From contig DASQSI010000166.1 of NCBI GenBank assembly GCA_035642415.1, forward strand, positions 1 to 60,536: a stretch of 60,536 nt of DNA, in the 5' to 3' direction. Source of the DNA: Rubrobacteraceae bacterium (GTDB lineage: Bacteria > Actinomycetota > Rubrobacteria > Rubrobacterales > Rubrobacteraceae). A program made the position numbers and the translations under genes. The notes beneath the pieces are model-generated. The model had not been told where the DNA came from and searched no databases. It saw only the letters and a list, made by a program, of their open reading frames with translations. This document shows positions 20,052 through 29,762 of the stretch, one piece after another (positions within the stretch are counted from its first letter, which is position 1; each line of letters starts with the position of its first letter).

Positions 20052-20448
20052 AGGCGTTTATATACTTGCGTGTGGAGAACGGCAAGGAGGCGCCGCCTTG
20101 TTTAGCCGCTGTTGCTCTTGCTCGTCCATTGGCATGCACTCCTCTGTAGGAGCTTAGAGGAACATCAAAGTTATAGCCCATAGACGGACAAACTAAACAG
20201 CAGAGCTGGAGCCTTAGCAACCCAGATGCCTTCAAGTCGGAGCATTGATACTCCTCTACCTAAAGAACTCGTGAAGCTTCTTAAGGAGCCTTAAGTTACA
20301 GCGGGGAGCCTTTGGGTGTTCTGCCCCAGGGTTTGTTCTCCAGGCAGCGCCTCGCATTGCCGCTTGGTAATTTCCATGAAGGCGTGGTATCGCTCGGCGT
20401 TTCTGCCGCGCTTTTTCAAGGGGTAACCTAATCCAAAGGAGGGCTTCG

Positions 20449-20859
20449 TTGACTGACGAACAGGTGAACCACCCCCAGGAGCCGGCTGAAGCGGAAGTCG
20501 CCCAACCCCCTCATCCTGAAGAACCGGCAGAGGGTAGCAGCGAAGACGTACAAGCCCCCGGAGCCGAGCGAGCCGGGAATTAGTACTGCCAGGGGCGTTG
20601 GGCATCTGCAAGGAGCGGTACTATTGCCCTTGATACCGTCTGCTTTGGGGCTATAGGGTTGCTTCTTACCTTAGGAGGGCTGGACGGCCTAGCTTTCGAC
20701 ATTTATGCCCTGAGATGGGGAGGCCGAGGGCAGCGCGGAGGGCTGGGCATCTTCTCCGAGCGCGCTATCCACACCATAGCAGGTGTGAGGATGATCGTGG
20801 GCGGGGTAGCGCCCCTCTTCTTCGACGTCATTCTGCTCTGGACCTATTTCTCTAGCTAA
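20449..20859 (+). pseudogene. Probable interrupted membrane-protein gene (in-frame TAG at 20581)
   Basis: AAAGGAGGG RBS + TTG at 20449. An acidic Pro-rich N-terminus is in frame with the hydrophobic 20659..20859 ORF across one TAG. Confidence 0.45.
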
Positions 20860-21519
20860 CTCTTACCCGCCCGACTTGCGCATAGGGGGCTGCTCCGCTC
20901 TCTGCTATGACCACACCTCGCTACGGTTTCCGCGAACAACCTGGGCCAAGAAATGTGGGCGGTAGGAGCTACACCAGAACTGCTTTTGGGTGTCTTTATA
21001 ACAGCACGGAGACGTTAGAGAGGGTGAGTTACATAAGACATGACTCTGACCGCTCCCTATTCACCTGAACCTTTGCCAATCTATGTATTACTCAGACGGA
21101 GCGTGGGCTTCATTTCTTGGCCACCTCCTGTTAATCCCTTTCAAATTTTACCTTTGGGTCTTTACTGCGTTGCTACTATGTCCTGCGGAGGCTGGCGTAG
21201 CGGCTGACGAAGTGCCGGCCCCAAAGAACCTCGGGTGAGGAGATTTACTTCCCTAAACAAGTTATTCATGCTCAGTAGCGCGGCTAGGATGTGGTTGAGT
21301 GCTCCTCGCATCTTCTTTAGAGCTAGCCTTTTGCCAATTCTAATTCAGAGCCGCCGGAGCGAGCCAGCAAGGTACGGGACCGCAGCTGAGGTTGTTTTGT
21401 AGTTTCGAACGTTGGTGAGATGATACTAGTCCGCCAACTCGAAACTGACCCTCCCTGATGCTCCCTCAGTGAGTAGGGCGCTAAAATATAACTAGAATGG
21501 TAGGTAAGATTAGAACAAT

Positions 21520-22074
21520 ATGAAGATACTCGTCGGAGTAACGGGCGGCATCGCCGCATACAAAGCACCGGGCGTGATCCGGCGCCTCCGCGAGGCCGGC
21601 TACGAGGTCAAGGTGATAGCCACCGAAGCTGCCTTTCACTTTATCCCCGAAGAGACCCTCGCCATAGCCGCGGGAGCCCCGGTCCACACCGAGAAGACCT
21701 GGTGGGTAGAGTCGGGCCGCGTCGAGCATGTAACGCTCGCCCGCTGGGCTGACCTCGTTCTTATAGCTCCCGCCACCGCCGACGCGATGGCCCGCGTCGC
21801 TATCGGGCTCGGCGACGATATACTTTCAGCCACTATCCTCGCTGGCGCCAAAAACGTTCTCTGGGCTCCGGCTATGAACCCTGAGATGTGGGCCAACCCG
21901 GCCACCCGGCGCAACGTCGAGACCCTGAAAGGCTGGGGCCACCACTTCGTCGGCCCCGCCGAAGGAGCCATGGCCTCCGCTGAAGAGGAAGCGGGCGTAG
22001 GAAGACTTGTCGATGAGGAGGAGATTGCCACGGCCGTGGAAGAGGCGCTCTCCCTTGGAGGGGAAGAGTCCTAG
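21520..22074 (+). CDS. coaC: Stand-alone HFCD flavoprotein, phosphopantothenoylcysteine decarboxylase (CoaC)-like
   Basis: GVTGGIAAYK, HVTLARWAD, APATAD, PAMN and G.GRL motifs. No CoaB domain. Confidence 0.8.
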   Translation: MKILVGVTGGIAAYKAPGVIRRLREAGYEVKVIATEAAFHFIPEETLAIAAGAPVHTEKTWWVESGRVEHVTLARWADLVLIAPATADAMARVAIGLGDDILSATILAGAKNVLWAPAMNPEMWANPATRRNVETLKGWGHHFVGPAEGAMASAEEEAGVGRLVDEEEIATAVEEALSLGGEES

Positions 22075-22128
22075 GGGTAAGCTGTAGTCCGCAGGGTCGG
22101 GACCGAGAGCCTGCTAGAGAAATAAGCG

Positions 22129-22632
22129 TTAGAACCCGCGTAGGTAGTCCTTGAGCGCATGCTCGGTGCTCGGGAAGGCCATCTCAGACCACGGGAGGTC
22201 ATCGCGGGGGAAGCTTTTTACAGCCATCGTCTCGTCCAGGGGCTTCGGTTCGCCGCCGGTGGCCCTAGCGGCGAACACCGCTATCGCCGGGACTTGGCCC
22301 TCATAAGTGTACAGGCCAATGAGGTCAGTGACCTCGATCTTGACGCCTGACTCTTCGAGCGCCTCACGCTCGGCGGTGGTCTCGGCCTTCTCGCCGCGCT
22401 CCACGAAACCACCGGGGAAGGTCCACTTGCCGTAGCCCGGGTTTATGGCGCGCTTGGTGAGGAGTATGCCCCCGTCGAGCTCGAAGATCGCCGCTGCGAC
22501 CAGCTTCGGCCCCTGGTAGAAAACGAAGGAGCACTCGCGGCACACAAGCCGTTCGGGCTCGCTGTCTTTAAGCGCGCGAAGTTCGAGTCGGCCACCGCAG
22601 CGGGGACAAAACCTATATTCTGGAGGGTTCAT
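22129..22632 (-). CDS. NUDIX hydrolase with N-terminal zinc ribbon
   Basis: CPRCG..CREC zinc ribbon and Nudix box GGFVERGEKAETTAEREALEESG. Confidence 0.92.
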   Translation of the reverse strand: MNPPEYRFCPRCGGRLELRALKDSEPERLVCRECSFVFYQGPKLVAAAIFELDGGILLTKRAINPGYGKWTFPGGFVERGEKAETTAEREALEESGVKIEVTDLIGLYTYEGQVPAIAVFAARATGGEPKPLDETMAVKSFPRDDLPWSEMAFPSTEHALKDYLRGF

Positions 22633-22671
22633 GACAATGAGCTATACCTGGCGTGTTAGAATAGCCCGCGC

Positions 22672-22744
22672 GCGGACGTAGCTCAGTTGGTAGAGCGCCA
22701 GCTTCCCAAGCTGGAGGTCGCGGGTTCGAAGCCCGTCGTCCGCT
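22672..22744 (+). tRNA. tRNA-Gly (anticodon CCC)
   Basis: GCGGACG/CGTCCGC acceptor, CCAGC-TTCCCAA-GCTGG anticodon arm, GGTTCGAA T-loop. Confidence 0.96.
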
Positions 22745-22750
22745 CTCTGT

Positions 22751-23614
22751 TCACCCGCCGTTTCTGTTACCGTTCCTCCCCACGGCGGCGCCGGTCTTCG
22801 GGCTCCTGCGGCCCCGGATCTTGCGCATCAGCCATCTGGCCGGGTCGAAGTATTCGTCGGCGACGCGCTCCTTGAGGGGGATGATGGAGTTGTCGGTGAT
22901 GTTGATCCCGGCCGGACAGACCTCCGTGCAGCACTTAGTTATGTTGCAGAACCCGACACCGCCGCGACCCTCTTTGAGGTAGTGCAGGCGACTCTCGGTG
23001 TCCTTCGGGTGCATCTCTAGCCACTGTACCCTGCACATGAAGCGCGGACCGGCAAACTCGGGGTGCTTGTGGTGGGTGCGCAAGACGTGGCAGACGTCCT
23101 GGCACATAAAGCACTCGATGCACTTCTTCGGCTCGTAGAGCCTCTCTACATCCTCCTCGTACATTATGAACGGCGCCTGCTCATCGGTGGTGAACGGTGT
23201 GATCGAACGGGATACCTCGTAGTTCCACGAGACGTCCGTGACGAGATCCTTTATCAGCGGGAACGCCCGCATGGGGCGCACGTGGATCTCCTCCTCGTAC
23301 GCATCGATCCGCGTCGTGCACATAAGCTTCGGCTTGCCGTTGACCTCCGCGCTGCATGATCCGCAGTGGCCGGCCTTGCAGTTCCAGCGTACCGCCAGGT
23401 CGGTCGCCTCTCGGGCCTGGATGGCCAGGACCGCGTCGAGGATAACCATCCCCTCAACGGCCGGTATCTCGTACTCGACCTCCTCCCCGCCCTCCGCGTC
23501 GCCCCGGAAGATCTTGAGCTTTGCGGTCTCGCCACCTGCAGCCTCCAGCTCGTCCTGGTGGACGTCGGCATAAGCCTTGGAGGCCTCCTCGCTCCGGCCG
23601 TTGTTCTCCGTCAT
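22751..23614 (-). CDS. sdhB: Succinate dehydrogenase/fumarate reductase Fe-S subunit
   Basis: CKAGHCGSC, CIECFMCQDVC and CNITKCCTEVCP clusters. Confidence 0.93.
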   Translation of the reverse strand: MTENNGRSEEASKAYADVHQDELEAAGGETAKLKIFRGDAEGGEEVEYEIPAVEGMVILDAVLAIQAREATDLAVRWNCKAGHCGSCSAEVNGKPKLMCTTRIDAYEEEIHVRPMRAFPLIKDLVTDVSWNYEVSRSITPFTTDEQAPFIMYEEDVERLYEPKKCIECFMCQDVCHVLRTHHKHPEFAGPRFMCRVQWLEMHPKDTESRLHYLKEGRGGVGFCNITKCCTEVCPAGINITDNSIIPLKERVADEYFDPARWLMRKIRGRRSPKTGAAVGRNGNRNGG

Positions 23615-23617
23615 CCC

Positions 23618-25381
23618 CTACTCCTCCTCCTCAAACAGTTTCGCCAGGTGTTCCGGCATCGGCGATATCTCCCGCTCCTCGATGCTGATCTCTCCCTGCT
23701 CGTCCTTCTTGACGATAAAGTTGATGTTCCCGAGCTCCTCGTCCTGGCCCTCGTAATCCAGGCGCCACTGCGCCCCGCGCTGCTCCTTGCGCTTAAGGGC
23801 ACTCCTCAGGATGGTCTCCGAGATCTGGACCAGGTACCGGTTATCTTGCACCGTGTGCCAGCCCGGGTTGAAGAGTGTCGAGCCGTGGACCTTCACGTTC
23901 GGCAGCCGGTCCTTGAGTGCCAGAACCTTCTCGAGCCCCTCATTTAGCGACTCCTCGATCCGCATCAGGTTCGCATGCTCCATCATCGCCTCCTGGAGCT
24001 CCTGCTGGATCGTGTACGGGTTCTCGTTATCGTCGCTCCCCGGCTTCTCCAGCGGCTCCAGAACTCGCTTCTTCTCGGCCTCCACCTCGGAAGCCTCGAT
24101 CTCCATCGAGTAGCCGTTGGACTTCACGTACTCCGCCGCCCCCTCGCCAGCCCTGCGGCCGAAGACGAGCAAGTCGGTGAGCGAGTTACCGCCCAATCGG
24201 TTTGCCCCGTGCAGTCCCGCGGCGCACTCGCCGGCCGCGAACAGCCCGGGCACGTTGGTCGCGCAGGTCTCGGCGTCGTCTACCCTGATCCCGCCCATCG
24301 TGTAATGCACGGTCGGGAAGACCTCCATCGGCTCCTCGGAGATGTCTATGTCGGCGAGCTTGTGGAACTGCTCGTACATAGTGGAGAGCTTCTTCATGAT
24401 GTTGCCGTAGCCCAGGGGTGTGATGTCCAGGTACACCCCGCCGTGCTCGCTACCCCGGCCCTCCTGAACCTCAGTGTAGTTGGCCCGGGCAACCACGTCG
24501 CGCGTCGAGAGCTCCATCTTTTCGGGGTCGTAGCGCTCCATGTACCGCTCGCCTTCGGCGTTCGTCAAGATACCGCCCTCGCCGCGCACCCCCTCGGTCA
24601 CGAGGATGCCGCGCACCCCCGGGGGCCAAACCATCCCCGTCGGGTGGAACTGCACCATCTCCATGTCCATGAGCTCGGCCCCAACCTCGTAGGCCAGGAC
24701 GGCGCCGTCCCCGGTGCCCTCCCAGGAGTTGGAGGTGACCTTGTAGATGCGACCCCAGCCGCCGGTCGCCATCACGACCGCTTTGCACTTGAAGTGGATG
24801 AACTTGCCTGACTCACGGGTGTAAGCGAGAGCACCGACAATCCGGCCGTCTTTCTTGAATAGCTTAGTGACGGTGGTCTCCATATAGACCTTCGTGTCGG
24901 TGGCGAGGACCTTCTCCTGCAGGGTCCGGATCATCTCCAGCCCCGTGCGGTCGGCGACGTGGCAGAGCCGGTTGTAGGTGTGACCCCCGAATGCGCGCTG
25001 GGAGATCTTGCCCTCCGACGTCCGGTTGAAAAGAGCGCCCCATTGCTCGAGCTCGTAGACCCTATCCGGGGCCTCCTTGGCGAAGATCTCCGCCATCCGC
25101 CAGTTGTTGATGAACTTGCCGCTCTTCATAGTGTCCATGAAGTGCGTCTGCCAGTTGTCATTCGGGGCCACGTTCCCCACAGCCGCCGCCATGCCACCCT
25201 CGGCCATCACCGTGTGAGCCTTGCCCAGGAGCGACTTGGTGACGATGCCGACCGAAAGCTCCCTCTCGGTGGCGGCGATCGCCGCCCGTAGCCCGGCACC
25301 TCCGGCGCCGATGATCAGGACGTCGTGCTCTTGCACCTCGTGCCGGTCACGCGCGCCGTTTGTGTGTCCGTCTCTCTCCAC
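23618..25381 (-). CDS. sdhA: Succinate dehydrogenase/fumarate reductase flavoprotein subunit
   Basis: GAGGAG, AHTVMAEGG (covalent FAD His), QFHPTG, TEGVRGEGG, HYTMGG, HGANRLGGNSL. Confidence 0.95.
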   Translation of the reverse strand: MERDGHTNGARDRHEVQEHDVLIIGAGGAGLRAAIAATERELSVGIVTKSLLGKAHTVMAEGGMAAAVGNVAPNDNWQTHFMDTMKSGKFINNWRMAEIFAKEAPDRVYELEQWGALFNRTSEGKISQRAFGGHTYNRLCHVADRTGLEMIRTLQEKVLATDTKVYMETTVTKLFKKDGRIVGALAYTRESGKFIHFKCKAVVMATGGWGRIYKVTSNSWEGTGDGAVLAYEVGAELMDMEMVQFHPTGMVWPPGVRGILVTEGVRGEGGILTNAEGERYMERYDPEKMELSTRDVVARANYTEVQEGRGSEHGGVYLDITPLGYGNIMKKLSTMYEQFHKLADIDISEEPMEVFPTVHYTMGGIRVDDAETCATNVPGLFAAGECAAGLHGANRLGGNSLTDLLVFGRRAGEGAAEYVKSNGYSMEIEASEVEAEKKRVLEPLEKPGSDDNENPYTIQQELQEAMMEHANLMRIEESLNEGLEKVLALKDRLPNVKVHGSTLFNPGWHTVQDNRYLVQISETILRSALKRKEQRGAQWRLDYEGQDEELGNINFIVKKDEQGEISIEEREISPMPEHLAKLFEEEE

Positions 25382-25382
25382 G

Positions 25383-26198
25383 TTAAATCAACCTCAAATC
25401 AGGTAGTAGACCTGCCATAAGCAACCGTACGTATACGTCCGCCGCCCACACTGAGAACAGGCTGACCCATGCCCAGAACATGTGCCGTCCGGTCAGAATG
25501 CTGATCCACTGATGTGCTTTGCGACGCGCGCCACCCGCTCTTACGCACGAATAACAGTCCACCCTACCTCCAACGAGATGCCGCATGGCATGGCAACCAA
25601 AGGTGTAAGCCGAGAGCAGGACTAGGTTTAGCAGGAAAAGTAGCGAGCCGATGGTGATCCCGAACCCACTTGGAAACCCATCTGGGAAGAACGCGCGAAC
25701 CGTTTCGTACCAGAGAAACGCCACCAACATTATCGATGCGTAGAGGAAGTAGCGGTGGACGTTGTTAAAGATGAAAAAATTCCTCTCGCCTCGATAATTC
25801 TCCGGGTTCCGCGGCTCGTGCTCCTGGGCTCTTTCGGAGCAGTTCGGTGGATCCCAGAAGAACGCCCTGTAGTACGCCTTACGATAGTAGTAGCACGTAA
25901 GCCGGAACCCCAGAGGTATCCATAGGACCAATATCGCCGGCGAGAGCCAGTACCAAGGGCTGGGTACAGGCGGCGAATACATAGGAGAGAGCAAGTATCC
26001 GTCGACTCCGGGGTACTCCGCCACCGATGCGAGGAACGTTACCCAGATCCCGTAGATGGCGAACGCCCCTAAAATGGCCACCGTAGTTACCGATCCGGCC
26101 CACCAGGGGAGCCGCTCTACGAAAGCACTCCAGCTCACAGTACCCCCGCCTGGGATGGGCCTCTTCGGGAGCCTGTCTGTCGGAAGTCTCTGTGTCAC
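25383..26198 (-). CDS. Single membrane anchor of Sdh1-type complex (Rv0249c-like)
   Basis: GFRLTCYYYRKAYYRAFF, GCHAMRH..DCYSC and HMFWAW motifs in a multi-TM protein upstream of sdhA. Confidence 0.85.
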   Translation of the reverse strand: MTQRLPTDRLPKRPIPGGGTVSWSAFVERLPWWAGSVTTVAILGAFAIYGIWVTFLASVAEYPGVDGYLLSPMYSPPVPSPWYWLSPAILVLWIPLGFRLTCYYYRKAYYRAFFWDPPNCSERAQEHEPRNPENYRGERNFFIFNNVHRYFLYASIMLVAFLWYETVRAFFPDGFPSGFGITIGSLLFLLNLVLLSAYTFGCHAMRHLVGGRVDCYSCVRAGGARRKAHQWISILTGRHMFWAWVSLFSVWAADVYVRLLMAGLLPDLRLI

Positions 26199-26327
26199 AA
26201 TTACACCCCTTTTCCTACTTCAGCCCATCTAGAGGGAACGCAACTACTCAGTGCGTGCGGTAGTCAGTATAGAGGATCGGTCTGGCTCTGGCTGTGAATC
26301 GTTTCGAAGAGACAAGAAAAAGCGCGA

Positions 26328-26353
26328 GCCGTCCCGTAAGCCGGATTCTGCTC
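26328..26353 (-). repeat. Displaced copy of the rnpB 3' end (att direct repeat, left island border)
   Basis: gccgtcccgtaagccggattctgctc is identical (26/26) to 39627..39652. Confidence 0.93.
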
Positions 26354-26466
26354 AAGAAGGCCGCCTCCTTTCGCGCGCCGCATGGTGTCCTAGAGAGCCG
26401 TAAATATCGGTAATCCGGTCACCTCTAGCGAGTCACCTTGTCGTACTATGTGCCAGGGTGTTGGGG

Positions 26467-26508
26467 TCAGAAGAGGTCGTCCATCGCTCGCGCCGCCTCC
26501 TGACGCAT
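26467..26508 (-). pseudogene. Tyrosine integrase extreme C-terminal remnant (MRQEAARAMDDLF*)
   Basis: 26462..26509 matches 28704..28751 at 45/48 nt, and the latter is the end of a recognisable integrase fragment. Confidence 0.7.
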
Positions 26509-26531
26509 GACGGAGACGGCGTTTCCGTCCG

Positions 26532-27317
26532 CTACGCTTTTTCGACTCGGTTTAACGCGTCGCTTTTGTCCGGGCTCGTGTCGGGCTCGGCTGCCTCGAT
26601 TCCGGCCGGAAGCTCGAGTCGTAGGTCCACTTCGTGATCGACATAAAGCTCGCCGCGGGCCATCCGGCACTCGAGCAGGTGCCCACCGGCTCGCCTGTCC
26701 TCGGTGACGAAGTGGAAGTGATAGCCCGGCACGTTGAGCCCTTGGGCATAATTTGGAAAGCGGAAGCCCACGAAGCTGCCCCTGACGTCGCGCAGCTCGA
26801 AGGTCGGTTGGTGCTTGACCACTTCGACGAGGGGCGGGTAGGGCTTGCGCTGCCTGGGCACGCTGCGCGCCTTGACGTAGCGGAAACGGCCGTCTACTCG
26901 AACGGCGTGGCACAGGTTCGCGTCGCCGAGGATGCGGTCCAAGCACGTGCAGAGGTCTACGTAGCCCATCGGGCCGGCGAGCGCCTGGCGCAAGTCAGGC
27001 TCAAAGAAGGTGACAACGGCGAACGGGGTCTTCAACCGCTCATCGACCTCGTAGGCCCTCCCGTCCGCCTTCACCTGGTAGAAGTCACCATCGAGTGCGA
27101 TCATCTCGCCGTCCAACGCGTCAAAAGTACCGAGGCCGAAATCGCCGCTGGCCTGAAGTTCCGCAAAGCTGACGTCACCCTCGTAGTTGCCGCTCAGCAA
27201 GGCGTCGATGGTCGAGGTCTGGAAGAGGGTGTGGTGAGGGTACTTGATGCCCCGAACGTCCCGCTTTCTCAGGTACTCAACATGCAGCGCCCCGATCAAA
27301 GCGGTATCAATCGGCAT
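26532..27317 (-). CDS. budA: Alpha-acetolactate decarboxylase
   Basis: QTSTIDALLSGNYEG, GDFGLGTF..LDGE, RSVP.Q..PY, GYHFHF...GGH motifs. Confidence 0.93.
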   Translation of the reverse strand: MPIDTALIGALHVEYLRKRDVRGIKYPHHTLFQTSTIDALLSGNYEGDVSFAELQASGDFGLGTFDALDGEMIALDGDFYQVKADGRAYEVDERLKTPFAVVTFFEPDLRQALAGPMGYVDLCTCLDRILGDANLCHAVRVDGRFRYVKARSVPRQRKPYPPLVEVVKHQPTFELRDVRGSFVGFRFPNYAQGLNVPGYHFHFVTEDRRAGGHLLECRMARGELYVDHEVDLRLELPAGIEAAEPDTSPDKSDALNRVEKA

Positions 27318-27379
27318 CTAATCTCCTTTCCTTAAAACCTTTACCCGTTCCGCAGCCGCGTAGCTACTAGCCCGTCGCT

Positions 27380-28390
27380 CTATACTGGGGACTGCGCTTC
27401 TAGGGCCGGTATGATCTCCTTCTCATAGGCATCGAGCGTCTCTTCTTTGGCATCGTGCATGAGGTAGATGTTGAACTGGTCCACCCCAAGCTCTTTGAGC
27501 ACTTCGAGCTTCGCTATATGATCCTCGACGGTCCCCAGAACGCAGAAGCGCTCCACGATGTCGTCGGGGACGAAGTCGGTCGAGGGATTGCCGGCCTTAC
27601 CGTGGTGACCGTAGTCGTAGTCCTGCCGGGCTTTTATATAGTCGGTTAGCGCACCCGGGATCTCTCGCCTCTCACCGTAGCGGGCGACAAGATCGGCGAC
27701 GTGGTTGCCGACCATCCCCCCGAACCAGCGGCACTGATTATGCTGGTGGGCTAGGTCACTTCCGGCGTAGGCGGGAGCGGCGACGCAGACCTTGACGCTC
27801 TTCGGGTCGCGACCTGCTGCGATCGCCGCATCGTGGACGTAGCGCATGCTCCACTCGAGCAGGTACAGGTCGGCAAGCTGCAGGATGAAGCCGTCGGCAA
27901 GCCGTCCGGTTAGGGCGAGGGCCTTCGGGCCATAGCCGGCCATCCACACCTCGAGCTTGCCGTTCTTGGCCCAGGGGATTCGTACCTTCTTGCCACCGAT
28001 ATCCGTCTCACGGCCCTCGACGAGGTCCTTTATGATGCGGATGGACTCCTCGACGTGGGCAAGGGTCGCTGGCTTCTTGCCAAGGACGCGCCGGGCCGAA
28101 TCGCCGCGTCCTATGCCGCAGATCGTGCGGTTGCCGAACATGTCGTTTAGGGTGGCAAAGAGGGAGGCCGTAACCGAAGGGTCGCGGGTAGCGGGGTTTG
28201 TGACCAGCGGGCCCACCATCATCCTCTCCGTGGCCGAGAGCATTTGCGAGTTGATGACATAAGGTTCCTGCCAGAGGATATGCGAGTCAAACGTCCATGC
28301 GTGCGTGAAGCCGAGCTGCTCAGCCCGTTTGGTCAACTCGACTACGCGCCAGGCCGGCGGGTCGGTCTGGAAGGTGACTCCAAAGTCCAT
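27380..28390 (-). CDS. LLM-class (probable F420-dependent) oxidoreductase, TIGR03842-like
   Basis: MDFGVTFQTDPPA, WTFDSHILWQEP, GIGRGDSA, WFGGMVGNHVADLV motifs. Confidence 0.88.
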   Translation of the reverse strand: MDFGVTFQTDPPAWRVVELTKRAEQLGFTHAWTFDSHILWQEPYVINSQMLSATERMMVGPLVTNPATRDPSVTASLFATLNDMFGNRTICGIGRGDSARRVLGKKPATLAHVEESIRIIKDLVEGRETDIGGKKVRIPWAKNGKLEVWMAGYGPKALALTGRLADGFILQLADLYLLEWSMRYVHDAAIAAGRDPKSVKVCVAAPAYAGSDLAHQHNQCRWFGGMVGNHVADLVARYGERREIPGALTDYIKARQDYDYGHHGKAGNPSTDFVPDDIVERFCVLGTVEDHIAKLEVLKELGVDQFNIYLMHDAKEETLDAYEKEIIPALEAQSPV

Positions 28391-28708
28391 ACGGTCTCCT
28401 TTCGGGGCTAGGATGGAACCAAAAACAAGGGCAGGTGCCGCCGGCTAGCCAGCTGTCTCTTTCCCGCCAATCGAAAACCTCACCACTGGTTCCGTTTACA
28501 TGCGGAACTTCAGTGACAGTGTTCAAGTTCACGTGGCAAATACTCCCCACCTTGCCAGACCGTTTTCACCGCGAGTGCAGCTTACTACTGAGGTGAGGAA
28601 ACTGCATGAGCTAATGGACTATTCATATAGTTGCAGTGAACTATTTCTGAGGAAGAGAGCTTGCGCCTACCCAGTAGGGGTAAACCCAGTTTATGGTACG
28701 GCGTGGGG

Positions 28709-28830
28709 TCAGAAGAGGTCGTCCATCGCCTGCGCCGCCTCCTGGCGCATGTCTTCGAGGACGCGGACATAGCGCCTCAAGGTCATCGTCGGGTCGGAGT
28801 GCCCCAGCATGTTCGAGACCGTCGGTATGG
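28709..28830 (-). pseudogene. Tyrosine integrase C-terminal fragment
   Basis: IPTVSNMLGHSDPTMTLRRYVRVLEDMRQEAAQAMDDLF contains box II LGH and the catalytic Tyr. The rest of the gene is absent. Confidence 0.85.
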
Positions 28831-28988
28831 GAAGGAACTCTATCTGGTGACCTAGAGGGGTCGGGGTAGAGGTACGATATGCCCTGACGACAAGTTCTGA
28901 AGGGAGGATGTGACATGGCAATAGTACCCCATGACTGGGTGCTGGAGGCCGAACGGTCCAAGGGGTTCTGGAGGAGGTTCTTCGGGAG

Positions 28989-29258
28989 ATGACTATTGAT
29001 CGGGATACCGCAGCAGAAAAGATAGCCCAACTGATCCATAACGAGCTTGACGACATACAGCGGGCTGAGAGGAAGCTTTTTAAGCCCACAGAGGATCCAG
29101 CGGCCTTGGCTCTTCGGAACAAGGAGTCCGAGTTGATCATCCTTACCTATATGCTCGCCGCCAGGGAGCTAGGGTTATTCGATGATGTGGTGAGGCGAGT
29201 GACAATCCCCCCACGCTTGATGGAGGATTTCCGGGGACCGGATCATCCGCTGAGCTAG
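28989..29258 (+). CDS. Hypothetical protein (89 aa)
   Basis: GGAGGAGG upstream and helical protein-like composition; no recognised motif. Confidence 0.55.
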   Translation: MTIDRDTAAEKIAQLIHNELDDIQRAERKLFKPTEDPAALALRNKESELIILTYMLAARELGLFDDVVRRVTIPPRLMEDFRGPDHPLS

Positions 29259-29413
29259 CAGCAGCTAGCAGCACCGTCATTAAACGCTCGTTTGATGCGG
29301 CAGCCGTAACTAAGTCACAGGCACAGCACCGCGCTTATGTAAGAATTGAACTGTTAATCGACGTGGCGGGGTCGACGGGCCCTCCATCTTATATAAGGAG
29401 GTAGAGAGTTCTT

Positions 29414-29701
29414 ATGAGACGTATCAAGATGATGCTAGCGGTGGTATCTGCGGTGGCGACGATGTTGGTGATGGCCGCTCCCGCCATGGCCCAAGACACA
29501 ACGTTCACACCAGCAGAATCAAGCTTTGGCGGAGACACCTTCTTAGGTAGCGGCGGCTTTGTAAACGGCGACTTTGGCGATGGTTTTGTCCCCAACTTTA
29601 TCGACGGCGACTTTGGCAACGGTCTTGACTTCGGCCCAGGAAACGGCCAGTTCGTCATATCAGATCCCTCCAGCAGTTTCGGAAGTGTCAATTTCGACTA
29701 A
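29414..29701 (+). CDS. Small secreted Gly/Phe/Asp-rich protein
   Basis: AAGGAGGT RBS, Sec signal peptide (MRRIK...APAMA|Q), GDFG repeats and a downstream terminator. Confidence 0.8.
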   Translation: MRRIKMMLAVVSAVATMLVMAAPAMAQDTTFTPAESSFGGDTFLGSGGFVNGDFGDGFVPNFIDGDFGNGLDFGPGNGQFVISDPSSSFGSVNFD

Positions 29702-29726
29702 GCCAGATGAGAGTCTCCTAGAGCTA

Positions 29727-29762
29727 AGGGCCGGGGTCGCTAACAACCCCGGCTCTGTTTTT
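29727..29762 (+). terminator. Rho-independent terminator
   Basis: gccggggt/accccggc stem followed by a T-tract. Confidence 0.75.

Noticed and set aside
22672-22744. tRNA-Gly or tRNA-Leu as island attachment site
   Set aside because: No duplicated tRNA 3' end was found in the window, and the flanking genes are housekeeping.
22751-26198. Three-gene SDH with a Cys/His-rich single anchor as a novelty
   Set aside because: Matches the described mycobacterial Sdh1 (Rv0249c-Rv0247c) type.
28709-29140. 143-aa ORF as an intact integrase
   Set aside because: Only the last ~40 aa resemble an integrase; the rest is unrelated and overlaps an opposite-strand ORF.
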